IMG/VR virus record: IMGVR_UViG_3300006919_000001
Coordinates: 1-64,000 of that record
Origin: a virus
DNA length: 64,000 nucleotides
Strand: one strand, 5' to 3'
This document shows positions 9,169 to 19,948 of this stretch, piece by piece. A program made the position numbers and the translations under genes. The stretch's first letter is position 1. Each line of letters opens with the position of its first letter. The notes beneath the pieces are model-generated. The model ran no database searches. It was not told where the DNA came from and saw nothing but the letters and a program-made list of their open reading frames with translations.

Positions 9169-10853
9169 TTTCTTTTCTCATTTAAAATTTTACGTAACAC
9201 ATCTTTCATTCCTGAAGATTGTTTCTTGATATCAATTCCTTTATTTACGGCTTCTGCAACCTCTTCTTTATCCTCCAGCATCTCCCACATTTGTTTATCA
9301 ATTGTAAAATCGCTTAACATAAAGGTTACCGTAGTTGCATTCTTTTGTCCTGACCTATCCAACCTTCCAATTGCTTGTACTAAATCTGATGGCCTCCACG
9401 GTAATTCCAATATCAACATATTTGAACAAACGTCTTGCAATCCATCAACTCCAGTTCCAGCCGATTGCATATTACCAAACAAGAATACATCATCACTCTT
9501 CTGCCAATCCAATACAATTTGACGCTTTTTTCCAGCCGAAGTTCCACCTGCTATTAGTGGACACTTAAACTTTTCCGAAAGGTAATCTAACTGCTCTCTA
9601 TGCAATCCAAAGACTAATAGCTTTACTCCAGATTCTTTCCAATCTTTTAAATATTGCTCTATTGCCTTTACCTTGCCCTCAATGGCTAGTTTTCTTAACT
9701 CTCCTAATTGAACCAAGTGCTCAGCCTCCATTGCCGACTCCATTGCCTCTTCTCCTTTTTCTTCTAAGACATATTCTAAGAACTCATTTGTGGCCCTGTG
9801 TATTTTTGCTAGGTTGTTAATTGGTATTTGTATCACCTGCCTTGTGCAATCTGGCAACTCATCCAATACATCTCTTTTTTCCCTTCTAATGTAACAGGTC
9901 TCTCTTAGCTTTCTATTTAGTTCAATTATATTGGTTGCACCTTTAGCTTCCCATCCAAAACTACCTCTAAAACCATCACAGTACCTCGTAATAAATTGGT
10001 ACCAATCATCGGCTATATGATGGTCTGTTTTTAAGATTTTTAATAAGTTCCAAATCTCAACAGGTTTTGACATAATTGCCGTTCCCGTTAGCATTTGAAT
10101 AATCAAGTCATCTGACCCAGTAATCATCTTTGCAACCTTTGCCCTATTTGAAGTTTTGTTTTTTAAAAAATGGGCCTCATCGAATATAACCGACTTCCAT
10201 TTTGTATTCTTTAATTCTTCAAATTTATACGTAGCTCCTTTGCCTTGCTTTTTTCCTATGATATCATAATTGATTACTACAACATCCGCATTCCAATTGT
10301 TAGGACTTCTCTTTAGTGGCTTAGACACGATTGTTGAAACTTCTCTTTTATTTCCCGTAATCTCTTCCCACTTTTCTTTCCACTGGTCTTTAACCGATGC
10401 CGGTGTAATTACCAAGCATGGAAATAGATTTGAAGTCTCTGCATAAAGTATAGATTCAAATGTTTTTCCCAATCCAACATCATCTCCATTTAATACATTT
10501 CCCTTTAGCCTTGCGTATCCCAAAGCTTCCAATTGATATTGTCTAGGTATATATGCGAAACCTTTTGAATCACACATCCCCTGCAGGTATGCATAATCCA
10601 AGTCCATCACCTCATAGCTTATATTGACATCCTCCTCTTGGGGTTTTTTTATCTGCTTGAAGTCGAAGATTCTCACTATATACTTTATGTTATCTTTCGA
10701 CCATTCATTAACCGGAAGAACCCAGAGTTTTAATTCCGGGTTCCATCTGCTATTTCTATCAGCATTTTTAATTCTACTTGAGATTTCTTTATTAAAATCG
10801 AAGGAGAAGTTTACTGTCTTGTTTAATGCATCTATATAAAATTCTCTTTTCAT
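9165..10853 (-). CDS. SNF2-family helicase/translocase
   Basis: DDVGLGKT, FDEAH, LTGT, GTGVDG, QAIGRLDRSGQ. Confidence 0.92.
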   Translation of the reverse strand: MKREFYIDALNKTVNFSFDFNKEISSRIKNADRNSRWNPELKLWVLPVNEWSKDNIKYIVRIFDFKQIKKPQEEDVNISYEVMDLDYAYLQGMCDSKGFAYIPRQYQLEALGYARLKGNVLNGDDVGLGKTFESILYAETSNLFPCLVITPASVKDQWKEKWEEITGNKREVSTIVSKPLKRSPNNWNADVVVINYDIIGKKQGKGATYKFEELKNTKWKSVIFDEAHFLKNKTSNRAKVAKMITGSDDLIIQMLTGTAIMSKPVEIWNLLKILKTDHHIADDWYQFITRYCDGFRGSFGWEAKGATNIIELNRKLRETCYIRREKRDVLDELPDCTRQVIQIPINNLAKIHRATNEFLEYVLEEKGEEAMESAMEAEHLVQLGELRKLAIEGKVKAIEQYLKDWKESGVKLLVFGLHREQLDYLSEKFKCPLIAGGTSAGKKRQIVLDWQKSDDVFLFGNMQSAGTGVDGLQDVCSNMLILELPWRPSDLVQAIGRLDRSGQKNATTVTFMLSDFTIDKQMWEMLEDKEEVAEAVNKGIDIKKQSSGMKDVLRKILNEKRK

Positions 10854-10875
10854 ATTTTATTTTTAAAGTTCCGTG

Positions 10876-11118
10876 TTAGATATATGAATTTATAATATCC
10901 ATAAAACCACCATCTGAAAATCTTCCAATTACCAAAGAGTAGATTAAATATAGGCCTCCAAACATATAGTGAAATATTGCCCATAATATTGATTTGTTAA
11001 AATAATAACTAACCATAACGGCCAATATGTTTATTGCTAATTTAAACCAACTATTAAATGGATTGACCACCCTTGCAAGTTGCTTTCCTAATTTTGCTTC
11101 GTAGCTATTTCTATCCAT
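10876..11118 (-). CDS. small membrane protein
   Basis: two hydrophobic segments, NKSILWAIFH motif. Confidence 0.6.
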   Translation of the reverse strand: MDRNSYEAKLGKQLARVVNPFNSWFKLAINILAVMVSYYFNKSILWAIFHYMFGGLYLIYSLVIGRFSDGGFMDIINSYI

Positions 11119-11130
11119 AATTTTATTTTT

Positions 11131-11535
11131 TTAAAAAGTTACATTGTGTGTTGTCTTGAACGCCTCCCAAGTTCCATCCTCATATTCTATTACATAAGTT
11201 GCCTCTATAATATGAGCACCTGCATTTATATATCTACCTGTAAATACATTAAGCTCTGGAGTTTCGATTGAACCAGGGCCTCTTACAATCGACATACTAA
11301 GTCCATCGATATCCATTGATAAATTACTGTAATTGCTAGCCACACATGCGGATGGAGTTGCCGTATATGTTATTGTAATATTTCCGAATTGAAGTGGCCC
11401 ATGACTTAATTGTCCATTCACCGTTGTGTCATTACATTTTACAGATACCTTGTCGCCACCTTCATCCTTACTACATGATGTGGTGAATAGTAATGTCATA
11501 AATACTAATACTAATACTTGTTTTAAATTTTTCAT
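11131..11535 (-). CDS. Bacteroidota-type lipoprotein
   Basis: signal peptide ending LLFTTS-C followed by SKDE. Confidence 0.75.
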   Translation of the reverse strand: MKNLKQVLVLVFMTLLFTTSCSKDEGGDKVSVKCNDTTVNGQLSHGPLQFGNITITYTATPSACVASNYSNLSMDIDGLSMSIVRGPGSIETPELNVFTGRYINAGAHIIEATYVIEYEDGTWEAFKTTHNVTF

Positions 11536-11539
11536 AATT

Positions 11540-12115
11540 TTACTTTTTATATGTTCTTATTAAATAATTGCAAATCAAGAATGAATCAATCTTCCCATCG
11601 TGATTCTTCTTTGACTTTTCTGTTTTTCTAAAATCTATATCTGGAAATTCGCTTGTAGCTATTTGTTCAGCCATTGCCTTCGAATCTACCACCATAGTTT
11701 TACCACTTGATGAAGGATTTTTAATTAGCTCATATCCTTTCCTTATAAATGATTGCCATTTTTGTGGACGTACAAAAATAATTTCAGCCCTAATTAACTC
11801 CAAAAGCATTCTTTGCGCTCCTGCCTTGTACCCAAAATTGAAGTTGTTAGTTGCACTCCAACCTCCTCTTCCTCCAACTTGCTCCATTGCTGCAACAAAT
11901 TTATATCCATTGAAATCTTGCCTTATATTAACCGCCAATCTTATTAATCCTGAATAGCTGAAAACCGGTTTTGTTTGTGGCTTCCCATTTTTCAAAATCT
12001 TTCCTGTTTCTTCAGGCTCTGTTGGCATTGCATAAAAATGATATTTATCATCTTCAACTTTTGCTGTAATGAATCCATCTGCTCCAGGGTCAAATCCTAT
12101 AAATACAGTTCTCAT
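11540..12115 (-). CDS. RuvC-like Holliday junction resolvase
   Basis: IGFDPG, AMEQV, FNFG, VRPQKWQ, HDGKIDSFLI. Confidence 0.8.
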   Translation of the reverse strand: MRTVFIGFDPGADGFITAKVEDDKYHFYAMPTEPEETGKILKNGKPQTKPVFSYSGLIRLAVNIRQDFNGYKFVAAMEQVGGRGGWSATNNFNFGYKAGAQRMLLELIRAEIIFVRPQKWQSFIRKGYELIKNPSSSGKTMVVDSKAMAEQIATSEFPDIDFRKTEKSKKNHDGKIDSFLICNYLIRTYKK

Positions 12116-12117
12116 AA

Positions 12118-12897
12118 TTATATTTTTTTAAATATTCCACTAGAAATTAATCTACTTTCTAAGGGAGTTTTTTTACTGCCAATATGTAATTTTAAACCCA
12201 TACCTTCTAGGATATCCTTAACATCATCCAAGTCATAAATATAATTTACATCCAATTTATAGACTTCAATACCATCCATAATATTTGGAATAGTATCTTC
12301 AGCATAATTGTCTTCATAATGTTCACCGTCATTTCCATTCTGGCCAATGATATCCATTCTGTCATTATCTTCGCTTCTCTCTAAAGCTTCATCTACTAAT
12401 CTTCCTTGACTACTCATAATTTTTTTAGTTTTAATAATATTAACAGTATTGTCTTTGTTTAGTTTAAGTTCAATTGGCATATCATTGGTATAGGGTACAT
12501 CACACCAATCATAATCAACCGCATACTCTCCATCAGGATTAGCAACAAACTCTTTTAAGAATGATTGTTGCACTTGTGGTATATAGCTTAAAGCAGTTTC
12601 ACCATTAGATAATAAATAATCAGTAGTTGCTATGATTTTTCTACTTTCTGAAAATACACTACCTCTATTAAATCGTTTTAATTCTCCATCGTTCCCTGAT
12701 ATAAACCAATCACCTTCTTTAATAGGCTCTGTCTCTTGTGATACAGTTGCGTATAGGTGTTGAGGGAAAAATGTTTTAATTTTAGGTGTTAATTCATTTC
12801 TGTAATAAATATTTAAATCTCCTCTAACATCTGTATATAATCCAATATGACTCTTATCTTCTGTTGGTAATGTTATTACATTTATTAGTTGCTCCAT
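12118..12897 (-). CDS. hypothetical protein
   Basis: 259 aa ORF in operon. Confidence 0.7.
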   Translation of the reverse strand: MEQLINVITLPTEDKSHIGLYTDVRGDLNIYYRNELTPKIKTFFPQHLYATVSQETEPIKEGDWFISGNDGELKRFNRGSVFSESRKIIATTDYLLSNGETALSYIPQVQQSFLKEFVANPDGEYAVDYDWCDVPYTNDMPIELKLNKDNTVNIIKTKKIMSSQGRLVDEALERSEDNDRMDIIGQNGNDGEHYEDNYAEDTIPNIMDGIEVYKLDVNYIYDLDDVKDILEGMGLKLHIGSKKTPLESRLISSGIFKKI

Positions 12898-13132
12898 AGT
12901 TTTAATTTTCTTAATCCTTCTTTGGTTAATTCAAATTTAATATATTAAAAAAAACTCTTTGCCCAATTCAGTTATAGGACATACATTTGGCAAGGTTTCC
13001 CCTTCACGATTCCATAAGTACATATACATCTACAATAAACACAACTGCTGTACAGTTTACATAATATTGTAAGAGCATTTATAGTCTTACATTATGTCGT
13101 TTATCTTCAATCAAAGAGTTTAATTGATATCT

Positions 13133-15247
13133 TTAATTATTTTGTTTAATTGTTGATACTCCGTTTTCTTTTATAATAGTTAACACATCACTAGAGGCAT
13201 CTTCATCCGAAACATGCGTAATTATCATTGCGGTTATATTAAGTGTCTTAGCGGACTTAATAAGGTGTTTTAAGCCTATTGAATCTACTCCTTCAAATAC
13301 TTCATCTACCGATAAAAAGTCTAATCCACCATAAGGGTGCGTTGCATTAATCATATGGCGGTTTGCTAATATGGATGCGAATAGTAACCTACCCCTCTCT
13401 CCCCCACTAAATGATGAGAATGTTCTTTCTACGTCCCTGATTATTTTAGCAGTGATTTCATCTTTAAATGTCCCATTGGCCATCATCTTAAAACCTTCCA
13501 TCTTAACCTTTAAATCAGAGCCCATATCATTAAGATATCTATTGCAATGAAATTCAATTGCATCTAAAGACTGGTTGGCTAGGAACATCCTAAATTGCTT
13601 AAAATTAGTAATCCATTGATTCCTCTCATATATGGAGTCTCCAAGTTTAGTTAACTCTAAAGAATCGACCCGCTTTAGCTCTTCTAAGGACTTTAAATCA
13701 CTTTTGAGTGTAGTTATAAGGCTTTTGTTATTGTCCGCCTTCAAATCGCTTGATTTAACTTTGTGCTCATTAATGGTTACCTCGTGTCCCTTTATTTGCC
13801 TTTCAACAGATTTTATTAAGTCTACCTCTTTATTAATCTTAAATTCAATGTTTGAGATTTCTCTTTCCAAACCTCTATATTCCCGCTCTAAATTATCAAC
13901 TGCAGTTTCCGCGTTTCTAACATTAACAGAAATTCCCTGAGATATGGTTATTAAATTAGATTTCCCAACCAAACTATCTTGCTCCAATTGTCTCAATGCG
14001 GTAATTGATTTATCAAAGTCCACCAGCTTTAGGTTAGCTTCATTTATATTGGTTTTGCAACCATCAATTTTCTCTTTGATTTGACTAATTAATTTTTCAG
14101 CATGTATTTTATTTTTGCCTAGTTCTTCAATATCACCATCCAATACAAATTCATGAGAACATGCTGGACAGGTTAAGCTTCCACCTAACTTTACATTTAT
14201 CTGTCCAAGCAGGGTTTCTAACTTTTCAGTTTTAACCTTCCAAGTTCCCAAGCTATCGTCTTCTAAATCTAAGTTTTCAGATAGGGAATCCCTGTCATAA
14301 GATATGGATTCAATTTCCTTTGATTTGTCGATACCCTTGAACTCATCGACTTTGGCCTGAGCCTCCGCCATTAGCCTTACCACATCCTTCAATACAGCAT
14401 CTTTGGATTCCGTATCTTTTTCAACTTGAACTAATTTTTCTTTTTCTGTTTTTATATCACTTTTCCAAGAAACTAATTTTACTTTGGATTCTGAGATAAT
14501 TACCTTGCAGTCTTTTATTTCATCCTCTTCAAATTCAATCTCATCCCTGAGTTCCTCTAATTTTACTTTCAATTCTTCTTTAAAATCTCTTGCATTTTCC
14601 TTTGCAATATTTTCATGAACCAGTTCAATCTTTCCATCCAGTTTTGAAATATCATTTGAAAGGTTATTGAATTCTGAATCCAATACTGAATTATCAATAT
14701 TTTCTAAGCCCTCAATTATACTCGCATCCGAAAACCTATTTATTAAATCTACCTTTTCTTTGTTGGATGATTTAAAAAATGATTTGAATCTTGAATTATT
14801 TATTAAATAGTAATTAAACAAGTCTTCCTTAGATATTGCAAACCATGCTAGGATAGCTTTCTTACCATCATTAATATTACTGAATGAAAGTTCTTCTTTT
14901 TTTCCTACTAAGTCAAATGTACTTACTTGTAACTTATTTGAGCCCTTAACCTTTATAGTCCATTCAATGTGTATGGATTCTTTTCGATGGTCACATGAAG
15001 CAATCAATCCAACGTTGGCCTCTGTATTTCCATAAGACACTAACTCTGCATCCCTAACGTCCCTACTGTTTGAGGCAGTAATGCAAAATTCTATTATCGC
15101 CATCATTCCTGACTTTCCACTTCCATTTGATTTCTGCTTTTCATCAGTGAGATTTAACCCTTGAATTAACAAAGGCCTTCTCTCAAATTCGTATTCCAGA
15201 TTTTCAAATGTCAGAAAGTTCTTAGCTGTTATTTTCTCTAATCTCAT
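13133..15247 (-). CDS. sbcC: SbcC/Rad50-like ATPase
   Basis: NGSGKS Walker A, coiled coil with CPAC hook, FSGGE signature, VDEVFEGVD, IITH. Confidence 0.9.
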   Translation of the reverse strand: MRLEKITAKNFLTFENLEYEFERRPLLIQGLNLTDEKQKSNGSGKSGMMAIIEFCITASNSRDVRDAELVSYGNTEANVGLIASCDHRKESIHIEWTIKVKGSNKLQVSTFDLVGKKEELSFSNINDGKKAILAWFAISKEDLFNYYLINNSRFKSFFKSSNKEKVDLINRFSDASIIEGLENIDNSVLDSEFNNLSNDISKLDGKIELVHENIAKENARDFKEELKVKLEELRDEIEFEEDEIKDCKVIISESKVKLVSWKSDIKTEKEKLVQVEKDTESKDAVLKDVVRLMAEAQAKVDEFKGIDKSKEIESISYDRDSLSENLDLEDDSLGTWKVKTEKLETLLGQINVKLGGSLTCPACSHEFVLDGDIEELGKNKIHAEKLISQIKEKIDGCKTNINEANLKLVDFDKSITALRQLEQDSLVGKSNLITISQGISVNVRNAETAVDNLEREYRGLEREISNIEFKINKEVDLIKSVERQIKGHEVTINEHKVKSSDLKADNNKSLITTLKSDLKSLEELKRVDSLELTKLGDSIYERNQWITNFKQFRMFLANQSLDAIEFHCNRYLNDMGSDLKVKMEGFKMMANGTFKDEITAKIIRDVERTFSSFSGGERGRLLFASILANRHMINATHPYGGLDFLSVDEVFEGVDSIGLKHLIKSAKTLNITAMIITHVSDEDASSDVLTIIKENGVSTIKQNN

Positions 15248-15527
15248 GGTTTAGCTTTTTGATTACATTCTTTTTATTCAATGCTGATACATATATAAAG
15301 CCCGGCTTGCAAATTACTTTTTTACGAACCTGTCTATTGTCCCTTGCATCCTCAAATTTAATGTCCATAATTTCAAACTCAGCCTCTTCAATGGAGCCGG
15401 TCTCACGACTTACCTCAAAAAGAGTATGTCCCCTTTGTGGTTTTATTGTTGCTAATTTTTGAAGTTTCTTTTCAACTTCTTTTTTTGTAACCTGCTCAGT
15501 GTCTACTGATTTTTTTTCTTCTATCAT
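15222..15527 (-). CDS. hypothetical protein (start revised to MIEEKK)
   Basis: ATG follows upstream stop by 1 nt. Confidence 0.6.
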   Translation of the reverse strand: MIEEKKSVDTEQVTKKEVEKKLQKLATIKPQRGHTLFEVSRETGSIEEAEFEIMDIKFEDARDNRQVRKKVICKPGFIYVSALNKKNVIKKLNHEIRENNS

Positions 15528-15528
15528 T

Positions 15529-15999
15529 TTATATTTTTTTGAATTTAAAGGATGCCTCCTGTACAATACTTGTATCTATAAGGTGGGTCACTTCTCCCTC
15601 TTTATCGGCAATAAGTAAAGGACGCTTTGTATATTTTAATTCTAAAAGAAATTCAATTAAATCGATGGTGTTTCTCCTAGAGTAACCTACAGCTAAAATA
15701 TCATTGTGTACTACCTCATATCTAGTTTTTAGTATAAATTCTCCATCTTCAACGTGATGAGATGGACAACTTGGTTTTCCCAATATTTCTTTAAAGAATT
15801 CATCTTTAAGGTGTGTAAATCTATCTTTACTTATTGAATATAATTCACTAAGAGTTGTACCTGAATCATGCTTTAATATGCTCATTTCTATTAAGTCATA
15901 TTCTAAAACGTCACCATTGCCATGGTTAATTTCGTAAATAAAATTTGTGTTACCAAATTTTCCATTTGTTCTTTTTTCATAATAAGTTTTGTCCGCCAT
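15529..15999 (-). CDS. hypothetical protein
   Basis: 156 aa ORF with A-rich leader. Confidence 0.65.
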   Translation of the reverse strand: MADKTYYEKRTNGKFGNTNFIYEINHGNGDVLEYDLIEMSILKHDSGTTLSELYSISKDRFTHLKDEFFKEILGKPSCPSHHVEDGEFILKTRYEVVHNDILAVGYSRRNTIDLIEFLLELKYTKRPLLIADKEGEVTHLIDTSIVQEASFKFKKI

Positions 16000-16196
16000 T
16001 GTATTTGTTTTTAATTGTTTTTTAAAAATTGCTAAATCCGTACAGTTGAACCATGGCTAGCATGATTGTTGTAATTAATAATGTTGCGATAATAAACGCC
16101 TTTAATTGTAAGTCTAATCTTTTAAATGTTTTCATAATATTTGTTTTTAATTGTTTTGTTTTAAAAGGGGATTAATTAAAATCCCCGTTATTAAAT

Positions 16197-16487
16197 TTAT
16201 TGTTTATTCTGGTTTAATTGTAATTTGTGAACTTGGTATGTTAGTGAATTTGCACTGAAAAACTCTATGGTCATATAATCATGTTTTTCCCCACAAACTT
16301 CACTTTCTATTTCCGGGCCAACTCCAGAAGACTTTGCTGATGCTCCCATGGCACTAGTTACTATTATATTTACAACATCAATATCTCCTAGGTGTTCTAT
16401 CTCTACTTTTTTGTGCCCACTTATAAAGGAAAAGTTCTTGATTTCTTTAATGTTTTCTAAATTTTCTTTAATTTCTTGGAATCTCAT
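16197..16487 (-). CDS. hypothetical protein in its own promoter-terminator cassette
   Basis: promoter at 16516-16552 upstream, hairpin GGGGATT...AATCCCC downstream. Confidence 0.6.
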   Translation of the reverse strand: MRFQEIKENLENIKEIKNFSFISGHKKVEIEHLGDIDVVNIIVTSAMGASAKSSGVGPEIESEVCGEKHDYMTIEFFSANSLTYQVHKLQLNQNKQ

Positions 16488-16515
16488 AATATTTGTTTTT
16501 AATATTTCTATACGC

Positions 16516-16604
16516 TAAATATACAAACACTTATTGGTTACCACACGCTTTTTCTTAAAAACTTTTAAAAATAAAAAGGGACATAAAAATTAATTTATGT
16601 CCCC
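16516..16604 (-). promoter_or_regulatory. recA terminator plus promoter (AAAAGCGTGTGG...TATATTTA)
   Basis: hairpin GGGACATAAA...TTTATGTCCC; -7 box at 16516-16523. Confidence 0.65.
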
Positions 16605-16625
16605 TTCCTTGTATCTAGTGGCTTT

Positions 16626-17597
16626 TTACTTCCTTTTCTTTTTCAAAATATTTTCGAACTCTTCAACCATATCTGGATTTTCATCAAATACAACCCTAAG
16701 TTTCTTAACACCTTGGGCCAATCTAGTTTCTCCATAGTAATAGAATGCACCCTTCTTTGTTAGGATTTCTTCAAAGACTAGTTGTTCAACCATACCGGTA
16801 AATCTATCAACTCCAACTCCATATACAATATCATTCTCAATTGTTTTAAATGGAGGAGAAACTTTATTCTTAACAATATTAATAAATTGCTTGAATCCAA
16901 TTACTGAATCTCCTTCTTTTAATTGACCTTTGCTTTTTATCTCCAATCTTTGAGTGGCATAGAATTTTAAAGCCTTGCCTCCCGTTGGAGCCTTTGCTGG
17001 CCCATACATTGAAATGGTAGACCTCAATTGATTTAAAAACATAATCGTGCATTTTGCATCACTTGCAGGTCCTGCTATTAACTTCATGGCTTGTGACATT
17101 AGTCTTGCCTGCAGTCCAATCTTAGCCTCTCCCGATTCCCCCTCGAGTTCTGCCCTTGGAATTAAAGCTGCAACCGAATCAACTATTATTAAATCAATCT
17201 CACCCGTTTCAACCAATGCCCTAATTGTTTCAATAGCTTGCTCTCCATATGATGGCTGGCTAATATATAAATCATCCACACTAACACCTATTTGTTCACA
17301 ATACTCCGTATTCAAAGCATGCTCCGCATCTATAATTGCAACAATACCTCCACCCTTTTGAGTCTCTGCTGCTAGCTCTAACGCCAGACCAGTCTTTCCA
17401 CAACCTGATTCTGCAAAGACTTCAATAATCTTTCCTTTTGCATAACCACCGCCTAATGCGACATCCAAATCTCCCCTTCCAGAAGATATGGTCTCGATAT
17501 CAATCGCAGCATCCGAAAATTTCATTACCACCTTTTCTCCAAATCGTTTATCCAACTTAGCGATTGCGCTAGCTATTGCTTTATTTCCTTTTGACAT
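16626..17597 (-). CDS. recA: recombinase RecA
   Basis: AESGCGKT, IDAEHAL, IVDSVAAL, GLQARLMSQA, GGKALKFYA, KNKV. Confidence 0.97.
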   Translation of the reverse strand: MSKGNKAIASAIAKLDKRFGEKVVMKFSDAAIDIETISSGRGDLDVALGGGYAKGKIIEVFAESGCGKTGLALELAAETQKGGGIVAIIDAEHALNTEYCEQIGVSVDDLYISQPSYGEQAIETIRALVETGEIDLIIVDSVAALIPRAELEGESGEAKIGLQARLMSQAMKLIAGPASDAKCTIMFLNQLRSTISMYGPAKAPTGGKALKFYATQRLEIKSKGQLKEGDSVIGFKQFINIVKNKVSPPFKTIENDIVYGVGVDRFTGMVEQLVFEEILTKKGAFYYYGETRLAQGVKKLRVVFDENPDMVEEFENILKKKRK

Positions 17598-18626
17598 TTA
17601 TATTTGATTTAAAAATTCATCTAAGAGTATTATTCCCTTATCATATTCCAATCCTTTATCCTCACAAAATTGCTTGAACGTTCCTCTGACCTGAACCTTA
17701 TCATATTTTTCAATTACAGATGGTGGAGTTAAATCCCCATCGTCATAATCATATTTAACCTCATACTTAATCTTTACATCTATGCCGGTATCTTTGAATA
17801 TTGATTTATCTAAAGCCCTAAGCCTAGACTCCGTTCCAGTAAATTCAAACCTAATAACATCCGAGCTATTACTATGCGCTTTAATCAATTGTTTTAGCTC
17901 CGACATACTAATATCGTCTATATTGACCAACACCTTGTTAAAAGCTTTAAAACGGCCCTTAATTATCTCATAAGACAGGTCGTCATATAGTATTGAGAAT
18001 CCTTTATTAGAATCCTCTCCGAAGCCATCCTGTATCATGGACGGTAAATGAACTATATCTTTAGATATCTCATGCCAATTATGATAGTGTCCCAAATAGG
18101 TCTTCTTCCACTTCTTTAATAGCGTCTTATTAATAGAGGTCTTTTCACTGGTATGTCCTAAATTAGTAGAACCTGCCATTTCAAAATGACTTATTAATAC
18201 ATCGGTTCCCTCAGCCTCCTCCAGCATCGGTATCAACATATCATCCGAAAAGAATGGTAACATTGTTACCTCTAATCCTCCAACATCAATAACACTCAAT
18301 GTGGTGTGTAGGTTGAAGTTGGGATAATGCCTAAAGGTATCCAAGAAAGATTCATGACTGGCATAAATTGTCTTATCGTGGTTACCCGGAATGAAATCCA
18401 CGTACATTCCATTCATGTTAAACAAAACCAATATCTTATCCAATGTCAATAATATACTTTGCCTTTGGAATGCCCTTGAATGAAACAAGTCTCCTGCAAA
18501 TAAAAGTCTTTTTATATTCTTTTCATTTGCTATCTGTATCATGTGCTTAATGCTGGTAAGTACTGCCTCTTCGTTTCCAGTTTGTAAATGCACATCGTTG
18601 AAAATAATTGCTACCGGTTCTTTCAT
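17598..18626 (-). CDS. sbcD: SbcD/Mre11-like nuclease
   Basis: DVH, GDLFH, GNHD, SH, GHYH; partner of SbcC-like ATPase. Confidence 0.85.
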   Translation of the reverse strand: MKEPVAIIFNDVHLQTGNEEAVLTSIKHMIQIANEKNIKRLLFAGDLFHSRAFQRQSILLTLDKILVLFNMNGMYVDFIPGNHDKTIYASHESFLDTFRHYPNFNLHTTLSVIDVGGLEVTMLPFFSDDMLIPMLEEAEGTDVLISHFEMAGSTNLGHTSEKTSINKTLLKKWKKTYLGHYHNWHEISKDIVHLPSMIQDGFGEDSNKGFSILYDDLSYEIIKGRFKAFNKVLVNIDDISMSELKQLIKAHSNSSDVIRFEFTGTESRLRALDKSIFKDTGIDVKIKYEVKYDYDDGDLTPPSVIEKYDKVQVRGTFKQFCEDKGLEYDKGIILLDEFLNQI

Positions 18627-18898
18627 TAAAATGAAATTAATCGACCATCTTCAAGAAAGTCTATTTTACCAGTTTTTGTAACATCTATCGTCTCATATGA
18701 AAGTGTAAGCCCACTTGTGTATTTAAAGGTAGCACCGTGCTGTACTCTAAATGGATACTCTTCTTCATCTTCTTCAAAATTATGAGTACGGCCATCTACA
18801 ACCACTTTAGCCCAACGGTTACTCGACCACTTGTCTTCCTTTCCATACATTGACAGTTTAAACTCACCCGCCTTCATTATATATACTCTTGATTCCAT
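18626..18898 (-). CDS. hypothetical protein
   Basis: 90 aa ORF overlapping sbcD start. Confidence 0.6.
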   Translation of the reverse strand: MESRVYIMKAGEFKLSMYGKEDKWSSNRWAKVVVDGRTHNFEEDEEEYPFRVQHGATFKYTSGLTLSYETIDVTKTGKIDFLEDGRLISF

Positions 18899-18960
18899 AT
18901 CTTTTGTTATTAAAAAAGCCCACCTAGTTTGTAGATAGGCTTTTGTTATTTATTGTTTTA

Positions 18961-19863
18961 TTATTTACTCAACAATGAGGCTAATTCTGAATCTAAATCA
19001 TCACCAGCAACTTCAGTTGAATCCTGAAAAGGTAATTCCTCTTCTTGCAAGGCTAGGTTATACCAAGTTACCAAATCTTCTTTTGATAATTTTGGTAAAG
19101 TCTCTTCTCCATAATTCTCAGCAATATATAGCTTCAACGCTTTTTTCATCGCAATTGGAGAAACCTTTTTCTCTATTGGTTCTTTTGTTTTTGCTGGTGC
19201 CTTTTCTTTGGCCGGAGTTTCTCCTACCACATCTGTAGACTCTTCTTTTTCATCCGCACTAGCACTTCCTAAACCTGCTTTTTCAGCTTTTGGTTCTGGA
19301 GTTCCAAGTTGTGGAATTACTTTTTCCTCAACCTCTGCAACGAACCAATCGCTTAAATCTTCAAAGAATCTTTTCATTTCTTTTTTAGAAGCGGTTCCAA
19401 ACCATTCGCTCTCCTTATTTGGAGCATCATTATTTCTGATATTTAACTTCTCACCATCTTGTCTAAATGAGATTCCTTGCACTCTTTTATTAGCCTTGTC
19501 CGTAAAATCGTAAGGCTTAATAAATACATTTTTCTCTAAGTCCATAACTAACAACGCCTTCATCATATCTTGAGAATAACGATTGTTTGTTGAAATAGAA
19601 ATAATATAAATTTCACCATCCGCATCAAAAACGACATTAATACTTTCCCCGTACTTATCATGGGTTCTAAACTCCACTTCTTTAACCATTCCAGTTAAGT
19701 CAGCATATCTTGCGCCCTGTCTAGTTTTTACACCTTCAGAGGTAGTATACTCTTGAGTTGCAAAGTTTGGGTCATTCGACTCCGCCTTTCTGTTCCATAC
19801 GTATCCACCTGCTAAAGATAAATACAATCCTTTTGATTCTTTTACTGCTCCTAATCCTGCCAT
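18961..19863 (-). CDS. putative single-stranded DNA-binding protein
   Basis: beta-rich aromatic N-terminal domain, acidic tail DDLDSELASLLSK, position among recombination genes; inference. Confidence 0.45.
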   Translation of the reverse strand: MAGLGAVKESKGLYLSLAGGYVWNRKAESNDPNFATQEYTTSEGVKTRQGARYADLTGMVKEVEFRTHDKYGESINVVFDADGEIYIISISTNNRYSQDMMKALLVMDLEKNVFIKPYDFTDKANKRVQGISFRQDGEKLNIRNNDAPNKESEWFGTASKKEMKRFFEDLSDWFVAEVEEKVIPQLGTPEPKAEKAGLGSASADEKEESTDVVGETPAKEKAPAKTKEPIEKKVSPIAMKKALKLYIAENYGEETLPKLSKEDLVTWYNLALQEEELPFQDSTEVAGDDLDSELASLLSK

Positions 19864-19948
19864 AATTTTTAAAATTTTATAATATTGATAATTTGTTATA
19901 AGGACTTTTCTAAGTTAAACACGGATTGCCTTGGGTCTGTGTTGTTTT

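Noticed and set aside
12900-13130. Possible decayed gene between sbcC and the downstream ORF
   Set aside because: Only short broken frames around a homopolymer run; no recognisable product
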